Below are positions 48,000-58,635 of a DNA stretch of 64,000 bases, one piece after another. The stretch is taken from IMG/VR virus record IMGVR_UViG_3300023194_000002, positions 20,210-84,209 of that record; one strand, 5' to 3'. The notes below the pieces were generated by a model, which saw only the letters and a list, made by a program, of their open reading frames with translations, ran no database searches and was not told where the DNA came from. Made by a program: the position numbers and the translations under genes. How positions within the stretch are numbered: the stretch's first letter is position 1; each line of letters starts with the position of its first letter. The DNA comes from a virus. Taxonomy: Duplodnaviria; Caudoviricetes.

Positions 48000-48730
48000 G
48001 TTCGTCAGACGGCCGCGGGGGTGCGCCGAGTAGGCCGGCATGGCTGAGGCTGCTGGAAGACCTCCAGCGGGCTGCAGCGGCCAAGGAGGCGGCAGATCCG
48101 GAAGGGTACGCCGCCGAGCTGGCGAAGTACGACCAAGAGCGACGCGAGTTCGAGGCTGCGAACGGACGAGAGCGGCGCGAGGACAACCTCGACCGCGCCA
48201 AGGTGCGTCTGCCTGACGGCGCCATGGAGGCCATCGTCAGTGGGCTTCCGCGGCCAACCCAGGCGCTAGCTCTAGTGCGCGCGTGGTGGCGGAGTCGTAG
48301 CAAACCGTGGCTCGCACTCGCTGGCGACAACAGCGTGGGCAAGAGCGTTGCAGCCGCTGTGCTGCTCGCGGATGAAGGTGGCAGGTGGATCTCGTCTTCA
48401 GACTTGGTCCGCGTATTTGCCGGCTTGTATCCAGACTCACAGGCCGAGCAAGATCGACTGAAGTCTGCACGCATGCTGGTCATCGACGATCTGGGCGATG
48501 AAGACGACCCGGAGCGCATGCAGAAGGCGCTGAAGGAGTTGTTCGACGAGCGCGGCAGCGCGAAGCGCACGCCGACTGTGTTTACAGTCAATCTAAGCAA
48601 GCAGGCATTTATCGCTCGCTACACAGGTTCGGGCGAAGTGCCAACCAACAGGAAACTGCGCGAGCGGTTTGCCGAACTGTTGGAGTGGGCGACGGTGACA
48701 GAGAACGTGAACCTGCGGAGGTCCAAGTGA
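47996..48730 (+). CDS. DnaC/IstB-like ATPase (helicase loader)
   Basis: Walker A GDNSVGKS, Walker B MLVIDDLG; TTG start overlapping the initiator stop. Confidence 0.8.
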   Translation: MSSSDGRGGAPSRPAWLRLLEDLQRAAAAKEAADPEGYAAELAKYDQERREFEAANGRERREDNLDRAKVRLPDGAMEAIVSGLPRPTQALALVRAWWRSRSKPWLALAGDNSVGKSVAAAVLLADEGGRWISSSDLVRVFAGLYPDSQAEQDRLKSARMLVIDDLGDEDDPERMQKALKELFDERGSAKRTPTVFTVNLSKQAFIARYTGSGEVPTNRKLRERFAELLEWATVTENVNLRRSK

Positions 48731-49252
48731 CCACGCGCCGTCCAATCCTTCGCCGCGTGTTGCCACGAGGTGAGCGTCAGTCGCAGATCCGCCGCATCGA
48801 CAGCGCGCTCGACAGTCTTCTCGACTGCGAGACGCACGATGCGTGCATCGACCCGCGCCTAACACTTCACACGCTGATCGAGCGCGTGTTTCGTCACCCG
48901 TACATGGACGAGCAGACGTCGCAGATGATTGCTGTGCAGGTGGAGAGAATCCGTGAGGAGGCGCGCACGGCGCATCTTGCGGTGGAGTTTTTGGAGGCTG
49001 CGGAATGATCTGGGACGTGTTCGTGCACGCAGATTTTGAAGATACCGACACTACGCTTCATCGCCTAAACCTAAAAAGTTTTAGCATTGTAGCCGACACT
49101 ACCCATGAGGCGTGCGTTGCGGTTCAGAAGGCGCTGGCTCAGTTTCCGGGCCTTCACGCAGACATCTGGAACACGTCCAGCAATCCTGAGGACTGGGATC
49201 AAAGCACTTCGATCGTAATAACCATAGGTTCAGTAAATTAGTGAGGCCATAA

Positions 49253-50872
49253 ATGAGCGCAGAATATAAAAAGATTGATGATGAGCTTTATGGGGATGCC
49301 GTTGAATTTGTGCGCAGAAGCGGTGTCGTTCGCGGGGTTGACCTTCGGACGGAGTTTAAAATTGGTTCGGTCAGGGTTGATAGGCTGCTGAGCGCAATGG
49401 CCGCAAATGGTCTAGTCGTTCCTCCGGTGACTCCGCGGGGCGTCTGGAAATGGATTGATGCGACTGACGAGGCTGAGGCGAGCGCATCGAGCGCGGATAG
49501 CGTTCCTGACCCGAACGACGCGACGGTTGATGAGTCAGATCAGACAGCCTCTGATTCGCCGCTCGCCTGCGTTGGTGAGGCCGAGGGCTTCAAGATTTAT
49601 CGGTCGCGCGAGGTATTCGGCACGGACGACGAACTCGTCGACGTGCTTGAAATCGGGCGAGCGGCCGGTCTTTCGCGTCCGGAGAACATCCTTCAGACGG
49701 CAGACTCTGTGCTTGGAGATTTTGGTAATGATTCCGGAGTTTTCTGCCGCTGGCAGGAAGCGGGCGCTATTAGCGCCCGCGGCGGAAGGCCTGGCCGTAG
49801 GCTCTACGCCAACTCAGTTGGTTACGGCCTGATCACACAACGGCTGCGCGTTCCTGGCGCAAAGCCCATGCAACTGCTTCAGGCACGGCTGTTTGCTGCT
49901 GCCGCCAAGCTTCGAGATAAGGGTGCGGGCGACGTTTTGCGAGAAATCCGTGAAGACCGCGCGGAGGCCGCGAAAAGGCATCTAGAGTTGCTGGGGCAGA
50001 CACAGAAAACCAACGAAAACCTCACGGCGCTGATCAACCATATAATCACCACGGGCGAGTCAGCTGATCTGGCAAACGCGGACGCGATGATCGCCGTGCG
50101 CCGCGACATCGGGATAGTTGCCCGTGGGCGCCTGCTTCTGGCGCGCGCTGAAAATCGGGCAAGCTCAGACGTGGATGAGTCAGCGAGAATCCAGGAGGAT
50201 TTGCGGCGCGAGTTTGGGGCATCCGTCGACGCTGAGCGATGGCATCTGCAGATTTACGCAGCGGTCGTGAAGCGTATTTATGGCTGGAAGAATGACGTTG
50301 CCAACGCGGTACAGACAAAGCGCACCAACGTAAATGCGGGCGTGTTTATAGGATTTGACGCTGGGTCAAACAATGGCCTGGCCGCGGTTATCGATGGTCG
50401 GCTGTGGGAGACAATGAGGGGTGGTAGCAGAAGCTCAAAGGCAGCGTTTCTCAGGCGATGCCTTCAAAGGGGAGCCGAGTCCGGTCATCGTCTGGCTGTG
50501 GTCGCGATCGAAGACTTCTCAAAAGACAGCGGGGATCTGGAAGATGCGGAGGCTAACATCATCGCAAGCGTTAGGGGGTTTCGCGCCGCTCTGAGCGACG
50601 TAGGTGAAAACCTGTTTGTCGTATGCACCGTGAGGCCTGCTGACTGGAGACGCGTTTTATGCATCTTTGCTATGGGCCGCAAAGAGTATAAGGCAGCGAC
50701 GGCTGCTGCGATTGGTCGGATACATCCCGTAGGAGACCTTACGCATGACGTGATTGACGCGATCGCGATCGCCCAATGGGCCGCCGTATCGCGCACTGTC
50801 CAGGTGGAGATCGCAGCGGCCAAAGCAGAAGCCGCATCACGCGCAGCAGATGAACTCAAGGGGGCCAATTGA
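49253..50872 (+). CDS. FtsK-gamma-like domain + antirepressor-like region + RuvC-like nuclease domain
   Basis: DDELYGDAVEFVRRSG...LRTEFKIG...LLSAMAANGLV; GFDAGSNNG, VAIEDF, HDVIDAIAIA. Confidence 0.65.
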   Translation: MSAEYKKIDDELYGDAVEFVRRSGVVRGVDLRTEFKIGSVRVDRLLSAMAANGLVVPPVTPRGVWKWIDATDEAEASASSADSVPDPNDATVDESDQTASDSPLACVGEAEGFKIYRSREVFGTDDELVDVLEIGRAAGLSRPENILQTADSVLGDFGNDSGVFCRWQEAGAISARGGRPGRRLYANSVGYGLITQRLRVPGAKPMQLLQARLFAAAAKLRDKGAGDVLREIREDRAEAAKRHLELLGQTQKTNENLTALINHIITTGESADLANADAMIAVRRDIGIVARGRLLLARAENRASSDVDESARIQEDLRREFGASVDAERWHLQIYAAVVKRIYGWKNDVANAVQTKRTNVNAGVFIGFDAGSNNGLAAVIDGRLWETMRGGSRSSKAAFLRRCLQRGAESGHRLAVVAIEDFSKDSGDLEDAEANIIASVRGFRAALSDVGENLFVVCTVRPADWRRVLCIFAMGRKEYKAATAAAIGRIHPVGDLTHDVIDAIAIAQWAAVSRTVQVEIAAAKAEAASRAADELKGAN

Positions 50873-51543
50873 ACGCCTACCTCCACCACCGCTACGGCCT
50901 AACAACCGAGCCCACGATTGGCCAACGCGTCACCGACCTCTGGGACGAGTGCGTATGCGGGCGAAACGTGGTGCTAGAACTCGTGGACGTAGAGCCTTAC
51001 ACATGGTCGCGGTTTGCGTGCCCGTGCGGCAAACACAAAGAGACAGCGACGCGTTATGCCGGCGGTGAGACTCGCCGTGATCGGAGGGCAGCGTGAAAGC
51101 CGTCATCTTCCGCCGCCACGAGGAATACAGCCTCAACGAGATGCGCGAAGCGCTCGCAAACGCAGACGTCGTACTGTTCGGCGCGGGCAAACTCACGCAG
51201 ACCGAGCACACCGCGCGAACCGTTGCGGCGGAGTCGGATATCCCGAGCGTGCAGATCGAGGGTGACGCCAAGGCTGTGCTCGCGGATTGGCGCAAGGACT
51301 ATCAGGTCGTGGTGGTGACACCGCGGCAGCAAGTGAGGGTTGCATGATTGTTGATCTGATAGATAGAGAGCTAGACGCAGCGATCGCGGAAATGTTTAGC
51401 TGCAGGCATGACACCGAGGGGTGCGCGTGCCAAAAGCGCTTCCAGTCGGCGATCGCGCGATTCGAGTTTGCGCATCCAGAGCAGAAACACGAGCCTTTTA
51501 ATGAGGCCGATTATAAGGAAGCGCGCGAGGAAGGGCTATTCTC

Positions 51544-52155
51544 GTGACCCGCATCATCACCGCGATGGACGTCGACGAAGCCGTGCGCGTTCGCGCTGAG
51601 ATGCGGCGCAAGATCGCGAGCGTGGGTGAACGCCTGTCAGTCCCAGCGAAGCCGCGCAAGGCCGCGAAGGTTGCGCCGCGCAAAGAGATGGTGCCCACCG
51701 CGCGCTGGGACGTGCACGAGAGTGCTTGGCCTCATATGGTGCTGCAGTTGCCGATCTTCGTGGATCGCAGCGTCTACAATACGTCATTCGGCAACCCCAA
51801 GGTGGCGCACGCGAAGGCCAAGGAGCAGCGGGAAAACACGTTGCTCGCGCTGCAAAAGCACCTGCCATGGTACACGCGCAACCCCGCTATGCGAGCGGGT
51901 ATCTTTCGCGTGACCTTCGTGCGACTGTCACCGCGCAGCGCCGACGCTGACAATCTACGATCGGCGTTCAAGCACATCGCAGACGCCGTGTTCGCGTGGA
52001 TCGCGGTCGGCGACAAACAGTTTGACCGTCGCGCGATCGGACACTTCGACGCGAAGAAGCGCGCGGGGCATATCACGGTGAAGTACGAACAAGCGCGCGC
52101 GGAAAACCCGCGGGCGTATGGGATTCAGGTAAGGTTGGAGATGAAAGATGGCTGA
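51544..52155 (+). CDS. RusA-like Holliday junction resolvase
   Basis: RVTFVRLSPRSADADNLRSAFKHIADAV...KYEQ...YGIQVRLE. Confidence 0.65.
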   Translation: MTRIITAMDVDEAVRVRAEMRRKIASVGERLSVPAKPRKAAKVAPRKEMVPTARWDVHESAWPHMVLQLPIFVDRSVYNTSFGNPKVAHAKAKEQRENTLLALQKHLPWYTRNPAMRAGIFRVTFVRLSPRSADADNLRSAFKHIADAVFAWIAVGDKQFDRRAIGHFDAKKRAGHITVKYEQARAENPRAYGIQVRLEMKDG

Positions 52156-53401
52156 TCATGGATACGAGTTCATCGAGACCGCCGGCAAGCCCATCAAAGC
52201 TTGGACGCGTGGCGTGCTGTTTGAAGATGAGGCGCGCGCGCAACTCGCGCGGTGTGCACAACTGCCGTTCGTTTTCAAACATGTCGCGGTCATGCCTGAC
52301 GTGCATGGTGGGATCGGCGCAACTGTGGGCAGCGTTGTCGCGACTCAAGGCGCAATCGTGCCGTCTGCAGTGGGCGTTGACATCGGATGCGGCATGATGG
52401 CCGTACAGACCAACCTGAGCGCGAACGACTTGCCAGACAACCTGTCAGGAGTGCGCTCGGCCATCGAAGCCGCCGTGCCGCATGGACGCACGGACAACGG
52501 CGGTCGCAATGACCGCGGTGCGTGGTCCAACCCGCCAGACGTCATCAGTAATATGTACTTTCATGGCAATAGTCACACGCCGAGTCTCTCGGATCGCTTT
52601 CAGGCGATCCGAGAGACTCACCCACGCTTGGAGAAAGCGAACACGGTCAGACACTTGGGAACCTTGGGCACCGGCAACCACTTTATCGAGGTATGCCTAG
52701 ACGAGTCCAATCGGGTCTGGGTTATGCTGCACTCAGGCTCGCGCGGCATCGGCAATGCCATCGGCCAGCGCTTCATTGAGCTCGCCAAGCGCGACATGGA
52801 GCGGTGGTTCATTCAGTTGCCCGACTCAGACCTTGCGTATTTGCCCGAGGGCTCCGAGCACTACGACGACTACATCGAAGCGGTGGAGTGGGCGCAGGAC
52901 TTCGCCGCAGAGAACCGCGCCATGATGATGTACAACACGCTCAAGGCGATGAGCAAAGTGCTTGGCCGCGACGTCGAGCCAGACCGCTCGCAGCCAGTAG
53001 CCATCCAGTGCCATCACAACTACGTCGCGCGCGAGCACCACTTCGGTCGCAACGTGATTGTGACCCGCAAGGGCGCAGTGCGCGCACGCGAAGGCGACCT
53101 CTGCATTATCCCTGGTTCCATGGGCACGCGCAGCTATATCGCCCGCGGCAAGGGAAACCCCGAATCGTTCTGCTCATGCTCTCATGGCGCAGGTCGTGTC
53201 ATGTCGCGCACTGAGGCTAAGAAGCGATTTACACTCGACGACCATGCGAGAGCGGTTGAAGGCGTCGAGTGTCGTCGCGATGAAGGCGTGTTGGATGAGA
53301 CGCCGCAAGCCTATAAGGCCATAGACGCGGTAATGGCCGCGCAAGCAGACCTCGTTGAAGTTGTGCACACGCTCAAGCAAGTCGTGTGCGTGAAAGGCTA
53401 A
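52148..53401 (+). CDS. rtcB: RtcB RNA ligase
   Basis: MPDVH, GVDIGCGM, LGTLGTGNHF, HSGSRG, HHNY, RKGA, PGSMG, SHGAGR, DETPQAYK. Confidence 0.96.
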   Translation: MADHGYEFIETAGKPIKAWTRGVLFEDEARAQLARCAQLPFVFKHVAVMPDVHGGIGATVGSVVATQGAIVPSAVGVDIGCGMMAVQTNLSANDLPDNLSGVRSAIEAAVPHGRTDNGGRNDRGAWSNPPDVISNMYFHGNSHTPSLSDRFQAIRETHPRLEKANTVRHLGTLGTGNHFIEVCLDESNRVWVMLHSGSRGIGNAIGQRFIELAKRDMERWFIQLPDSDLAYLPEGSEHYDDYIEAVEWAQDFAAENRAMMMYNTLKAMSKVLGRDVEPDRSQPVAIQCHHNYVAREHHFGRNVIVTRKGAVRAREGDLCIIPGSMGTRSYIARGKGNPESFCSCSHGAGRVMSRTEAKKRFTLDDHARAVEGVECRRDEGVLDETPQAYKAIDAVMAAQADLVEVVHTLKQVVCVKG

Positions 53402-53419
53402 TAGGTAGGTAGATAAACG

Positions 53420-54322
53420 ATGGCTGACATCAACGTCGAAGCCGCTCGTAAGCTATGCGAGCACCTAATCCACGAGGACACCTGCAATATTACATCGCGT
53501 ACCAAGGCGATGGCTTTGCGCGCGCTGGGTCGCGAAGATGAGGCTGATATCGTGGAGAAGCGCGCCGCCGTCGAGCGTGAGATAGTGTTGCTCGAGGCCG
53601 CGATTCGCGAACTGCGGGCACACGATGAGCCGACAGACGAGCTTGATGCCGACCTCAAGGACGCGTGGGCGAAGCTCGCGGAGTTGGACCGAGCATGATC
53701 TGCAAATTCTTAAAAGCTGTACGCAGGTTCGCTGATGACCCATTCGGCGCGGATGAGCTTTGCGATGAGTATTTGCCGGGCGGTGTGTTGGAAGCGATGG
53801 CGCATGAGCGCAAGCAGCAGCGGCTAGCTGCGGAGCGTAAGCGGGAGCGCGCGCGAGCTGAACTGGTGAGAGTTGATGCTGACCTCAAGATTGAGGTTGT
53901 TTCTCAGCTGCGGCGCATCGCGACCGCGCTCGAAACACGGAGCGGTGAGGTGAAGAATGGCGGAGAGTGATGAGCCGGAGGTGATGGGGAAAGTAATATC
54001 GGTCCATGTAGACATTGGCCCCGACCCGCAAGATCGCTGCAAGCAGTGTCTGCATCGAGGCCTCATCTGGGACGACCAGGGAAATCCCAAGTCGGTTTGT
54101 GTCGCCGACTTCGGCGACGGCTGGGGCATCGATCTCAAGGATGGACGCCTAGCCGAGTGCACCGAGCTTGAGCGCAAGGCTGATGAGGCCGAGCGCAACG
54201 CTAAGACGCTCGCGGCGTTGCGAGAACGTGTTGAGGGCTGGAGCGAGAGCGCGATCGATACTGACGACGTGTTGCGACTGCTTGGTGACGTTGAGCGGTT
54301 GCTGATGGGAGATCTGAAATGA
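53420..54322 (+). other. Hypothetical genes (53420-53698, 53695-53970, 53957-54322)
   Basis: Coupled plus-strand ORFs. Confidence 0.5.
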
Positions 54323-54579
54323 CGACTCTGAACAAAGCGGAACGCGCTGCGCTGCAGGCACTCACGACTCATGGTGAGCTCGGCGGTATGGAGATCGTGC
54401 TCAAAAGTCGGGGGAAGCTGACGCGTGCATACGTCTACGTCATTTTGGCGAGGCTCGAAATGGCGGGGCTCGTGAGCTTGCGATATCTGGAGCCGGACGC
54501 GCCGAGTCCTAAGCGACGCGTTTATAGGCTCACGAGGCAAGGCCAGGATGCTTGGAGAGGAGATGTGGACGAGGTATGA
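54319..54579 (+). CDS. PadR-like winged-helix regulator
   Basis: ELGGMEI...YVILARLEMAGLV...PKRRVYRLTRQG. Confidence 0.75.
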   Translation: MTTLNKAERAALQALTTHGELGGMEIVLKSRGKLTRAYVYVILARLEMAGLVSLRYLEPDAPSPKRRVYRLTRQGQDAWRGDVDEV

Positions 54580-54926
54580 GAATAGTAAAGCGCGCATCCT
54601 TCTTGGCGATGCCGAGCGGAACCGTGTTTTGCAAATACGCGGACTATGTGTTCGAGGATCTATCGATTAAAGGGTCCACGATCGGAGAACTGGGCTACGC
54701 CTATCAGGCGTTGTCGTCAGGGTATGTGGTCCCGGAGGTCATCGGCGTCGAATGGCATGAGCTGCTGATGCGCGCAGAGGAGTCGGGGGAATCGTTGACT
54801 CCAGATTTTTACCGCATGAGCCGCGACACGTGTTTTGACCCAGACCAGCTGTTCGTCGTGTTTGAGGATGCGGACGTCGACGCGTTGATTGATCGGCTGA
54901 GCTGGCGAAAGGAGGGTGGAGAGTGA
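54576..54926 (+). CDS. Conserved phage hypothetical protein
   Basis: MRIVKRASFLAMPSGTVFCKY start; coupled on both sides. Confidence 0.6.
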   Translation: MRIVKRASFLAMPSGTVFCKYADYVFEDLSIKGSTIGELGYAYQALSSGYVVPEVIGVEWHELLMRAEESGESLTPDFYRMSRDTCFDPDQLFVVFEDADVDALIDRLSWRKEGGE

Positions 54927-55795
54927 CCCTCACCGAAGCCGAACGCCTCATAGAGATGAGCGACGATCACAGGCTGCTGCGCCGCGTGCCACCCGTCGAG
55001 CGCTGGACATTGCCGGAGCCCGTGGGCGAGGTCCGGCGCGGTTTGCTGGTCGACTGCGAGACGACAGGCCTCGACCTCGACACCGACGAGGTGATCGAGC
55101 TCGCGGTCGTGCCGTTTGACTACGATGACGCTGGGCACGTGGTTGCGGTGCATCACATGCTCGCGCTGTCGAGCTATCGCGAGCCGAATATCAGCATCCT
55201 GGAAGAAAGCATACTCGTGCACGGCATCACGGATGCCGATGTCGCCGGCCAGCAGGTCGACGAGGTGGCACTGACGCAGCTGGTCGAGCGCGCGAGCCTG
55301 GTGATCGCGCACAACGCTGCGTTTGACCGGCCGATGCTGGAGAAGCACTGGCCCATCTTCGAGCGCAAGCCCTGGGCGTGCTCGCTCAAGGAGATCGATT
55401 GGAAGAGCGAGGGGATCAATAGTAGTAAGCTGGACTATCTGCTGTTCGCGCAGGGCCATTTCCACAACGGTCACCGTGCACTCGACGACGCGCTCGCCAC
55501 GCTGTTTCTGATGACGCTCAAGCTGCCCGTGGCAGAGGCGCCAGCGTTCAAGGTGCTGTTAGAGTCCGCACGCAAGCCATTGTGGAAAGTGGCGGCATGG
55601 AACGCCTCATACGACCGCAAAGACCTGCTGAAGCGTCGTGGTTACCAATGGGACGGCGAACACAAGGTCTGGTCCATCATGACCGACGACTATACAGAGG
55701 AGATCGCCTGGCTTTGCGCTGAGGTCTACGGATACGACCGCAAGGTGGACGCGGTGAAGGTGCCCGCGACGCTGCGGTACTCGATGAGGTGTTAG
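54923..55795 (+). CDS. DEDDh 3'-5' exonuclease (DnaQ-like)
   Basis: VDCETTG, HNAAFD, HRALDDA. Confidence 0.9.
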   Translation: MTLTEAERLIEMSDDHRLLRRVPPVERWTLPEPVGEVRRGLLVDCETTGLDLDTDEVIELAVVPFDYDDAGHVVAVHHMLALSSYREPNISILEESILVHGITDADVAGQQVDEVALTQLVERASLVIAHNAAFDRPMLEKHWPIFERKPWACSLKEIDWKSEGINSSKLDYLLFAQGHFHNGHRALDDALATLFLMTLKLPVAEAPAFKVLLESARKPLWKVAAWNASYDRKDLLKRRGYQWDGEHKVWSIMTDDYTEEIAWLCAEVYGYDRKVDAVKVPATLRYSMRC

Positions 55796-56082
55796 ATGGT
55801 GGTTTATAATCCAGATCCGGTTGTTCTTCGGGGGCTGACGATCGGGCAGTGGCGCGCAGTCGAGTTCTTCTCAAACTCGTTCATGGGATCGTATCAGCCG
55901 ATTATGTTGAGGGTGTCTCGTGTCGAAGTGGAAGACCGTTGGCTGAGGATAACACTGTGTGACGACGGTGCCGGTCTCAACACGGAAGACATGAAAGAGC
56001 TTGGAGAGCAGCTCCTCGAGGCCGCCCAGTCTATCGGGCTGAGTGCTGAACGCATGGTGTTTGTCGGGAATTCGAGGGAGCT

Positions 56083-56697
56083 GTGATGGCGGCGGTGATG
56101 TATTTGCCTGGCTTCGAAGCGGAGGAGCGCAAGCTCGACCTCGATCAGTGGTACATGGATCCGAAGCTGGCGAATCTGGTCGCAGACTGGGCATGCATCG
56201 AGAGGAGTGACCACGTGCTGGAGCCGAGCTGCGGAAGCGGCGCGCTGGTGCACACGATATTCGAGCGCATTGGCATCACGGGCTCGGTCGTTGGGGTTGA
56301 TATCGACGAGCGGCGCATCGACGCGCTGAGCGATCGATACTATGAGCAGCGGCATCGTGCGCGTTTCATCTGCCGCGACTTCCTGCAGTACGACCCGCAC
56401 TACACGTTCAGCCTATCGATAGGCAACCCGCCTTTCAGCAACGGGCAGACCGAGCGGCATTTGCTGCACGCGCTCAGCATGTCCAAGCGTGTGATCTGGC
56501 ACTGCCCACTCACCACGCTGGAGTCATCGAGTCGGCTCGACACGCTCTGGTCGAAGTGGAAGCCGACGCGCATGTTGATTCACGCTTCACGTCCGAAGTA
56601 TGGTGGAGATGGCGGAGGGGCTACGGCCATGTGCACGCTGGAGTTTCGCCGGGATAATCCGAGACCGGAATATACGGCGATGGACTGGGCGCCGTGA
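56083..56697 (+). CDS. Amino-DNA methyltransferase (N6-adenine type), orphan
   Basis: Motif I LEPSCGSG, motif IV NPPF. Confidence 0.85.
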   Translation: MMAAVMYLPGFEAEERKLDLDQWYMDPKLANLVADWACIERSDHVLEPSCGSGALVHTIFERIGITGSVVGVDIDERRIDALSDRYYEQRHRARFICRDFLQYDPHYTFSLSIGNPPFSNGQTERHLLHALSMSKRVIWHCPLTTLESSSRLDTLWSKWKPTRMLIHASRPKYGGDGGGATAMCTLEFRRDNPRPEYTAMDWAP

Positions 56698-56744
56698 ATA
56701 TCCGCTGAAACCTAGAATTTCGCGCGAATACAGGCAAAAAGCCT

Positions 56745-56981
56745 ATGTCATATCTTAAAAATAAACCGGGTCTGCTCGCCGATCGCGTCGTGCAGACCTA
56801 CCGGCAAACGGTCAGCGAGGCGCTCGTGATCCACGGCCACAACCGCACGCGTGCAGCGAAACACGTGGGTGTCTCGCGCCGCACGCTGATGAATTACATC
56901 ATTAGATTTAATCTGACCCGTGCGACGGTGGTCGAGTTGGCGGGCTGCATTCTCCCTCAGCCGGCGGCTGTTGGGAAATAG
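56745..56981 (+). CDS. Fis-family HTH protein
   Basis: VSEALVIHGHNRTRAAKHVGVSRRTLMNYI. Confidence 0.85.
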   Translation: MSYLKNKPGLLADRVVQTYRQTVSEALVIHGHNRTRAAKHVGVSRRTLMNYIIRFNLTRATVVELAGCILPQPAAVGK

Positions 56982-57243
56982 ATGGGCTACGGTCGAAATA
57001 TAAAGACCGAGCACGCGGGTGCGAAGAACGGCGGCGGATTCTGGGGGCATCGCGAGGATGCCAAGCAGCAGTCCAAACGCATTCGCCGTGCCGCGGACCG
57101 GACACAGGTGGACGAGGCGTTAGCCGAGCGTCAGCGCTTCGTGGTCGACGGCGATTGCGACTGCTCTGGATGCTCCGGCTACGAGGATGAGATCGATTGC
57201 GGTGGTTGCAGCGAGTGCGGTAACTGTATTTGGGAGGCGTGGT

Positions 57244-57453
57244 ATGACCGGCGTCAAACCGCGTGACGGCCTGCTGTATGTGGAGCTCAGCAGTGCGCGA
57301 CGTCGCGCTACCGTCGACGCTCTCGCGCTCGCGCAAGGCAATCGCACGCATGCCGCGAAGCTGTTGGGCGTCTCCGTACTGACCCTGCGCCGCTATATCA
57401 AGGCATTCCGGCTGGACATCGAGGACGACCCCGTTTGTACCACTGACAGTTAG
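57244..57453 (+). CDS. Fis-family HTH protein
   Basis: DALALAQGNRTHAAKLLGVSVLTLRRYI. Confidence 0.85.
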   Translation: MTGVKPRDGLLYVELSSARRRATVDALALAQGNRTHAAKLLGVSVLTLRRYIKAFRLDIEDDPVCTTDS

Positions 57454-57477
57454 CTGGCTGTCATCCACACTCGCGGC

Positions 57478-58635
57478 ATGCTTAGTATGCGTTCTTGGGT
57501 GTTCCTGGGCGGAGCATCTGCTGTGGTTGCCGCATGTGCGTGCGTCGCGTGTCTCCCCGGAGGAGGCGGAACCACGGGCGTCCCGCGCCCGTCTGACACT
57601 ACGGGCGGAGAGACGGACGCATCAAGTGATTCTGGTAGCGGTGGGTCTGGGTCTGGTGGACATGCGGGCGATGTAGGGTCGGGCGGCGTCGGAGCTGGGA
57701 CTGGCGCCGACCCGACCCCCATCGATGTGACTGTCAGCGGCGACTTTCATCCTGCGAGTTATTCGCGCCTCGTATTCTCGGATGAGTTCGACGGTGACTC
57801 GCTCGATCGCTCGAAGTGGTGCACGCGCTACCAGTGGGGCGGAGGCGCGGCCAACGGCTTTCCTGTGCAGCCCGAGTTCGTCGATCCCGTCTGTCAGCAG
57901 GACGGCAATGGCGACCTGTTTCGCCTGAACAACGAGCAGGCTGTATTCACCGACCGCAACCAGCTCGGGGAGCTGCTGCATGTGGTGAGCGACGGCACGC
58001 TCAAGCTGCGCGCCACGAAGACACTCACGGATGCTGAGTGGAATTGGCTGCTCTATGAGAGCGCGATGATCCGGACGCGCACGCAGATGTTTGCGCCGAC
58101 TGCAGATCACCCGCTGTACCTCACTGCACGCGTGAAGCTTCCCGGCGTCAAGGGCACGTTCCCCGCATTCTGGGTCGCGGCGTATTATGACGCGGCCAGG
58201 CGGTTCGCGTGGCCTCCTGAGATTGATTTCTTCGAGGCGCCTCTCAATGGCGGAGAAGACAAGGAGACCATGCTGCACCACGCCGTGGTCGTGAAGGGCA
58301 AGCAGACCGACTCGGGCGCGCGCGAGATCACGTATTCAGGCCCGGGTTTCGACGGCGGCTTCGGAAACTACACCACTGCAGCTTCCCAGCGCGATCGATG
58401 GATCGAAGTCGGCGCTGAGTGGACCGCTGAGCAGGTCTGCTACTACGTCGACGGGCTCAAGGTCGCATGCGAAAACTATCGCTGGGTGACCAACGACGGC
58501 GTATCCGCCGCGTCGGCAACGTTGATTCTCAATTTATCGATCGGCGGCGAATGGGCCGGTCGCTACGACATCGATGCCGACAGGTTTCCTATTGCAGAGG
58601 AGGTGGATCATGTCCGCGTCTACAGCACTCAGTGA
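57478..58635 (+). CDS. GH16 glycoside hydrolase, probable lipoprotein
   Basis: LVFSDEFDG, GTFPAFW, WPPEIDFFE, LNLSIGG, VDHVRVY; Cys-rich signal peptide and Gly/Ser linker. Confidence 0.88.
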   Translation: MLSMRSWVFLGGASAVVAACACVACLPGGGGTTGVPRPSDTTGGETDASSDSGSGGSGSGGHAGDVGSGGVGAGTGADPTPIDVTVSGDFHPASYSRLVFSDEFDGDSLDRSKWCTRYQWGGGAANGFPVQPEFVDPVCQQDGNGDLFRLNNEQAVFTDRNQLGELLHVVSDGTLKLRATKTLTDAEWNWLLYESAMIRTRTQMFAPTADHPLYLTARVKLPGVKGTFPAFWVAAYYDAARRFAWPPEIDFFEAPLNGGEDKETMLHHAVVVKGKQTDSGAREITYSGPGFDGGFGNYTTAASQRDRWIEVGAEWTAEQVCYYVDGLKVACENYRWVTNDGVSAASATLILNLSIGGEWAGRYDIDADRFPIAEEVDHVRVYSTQ

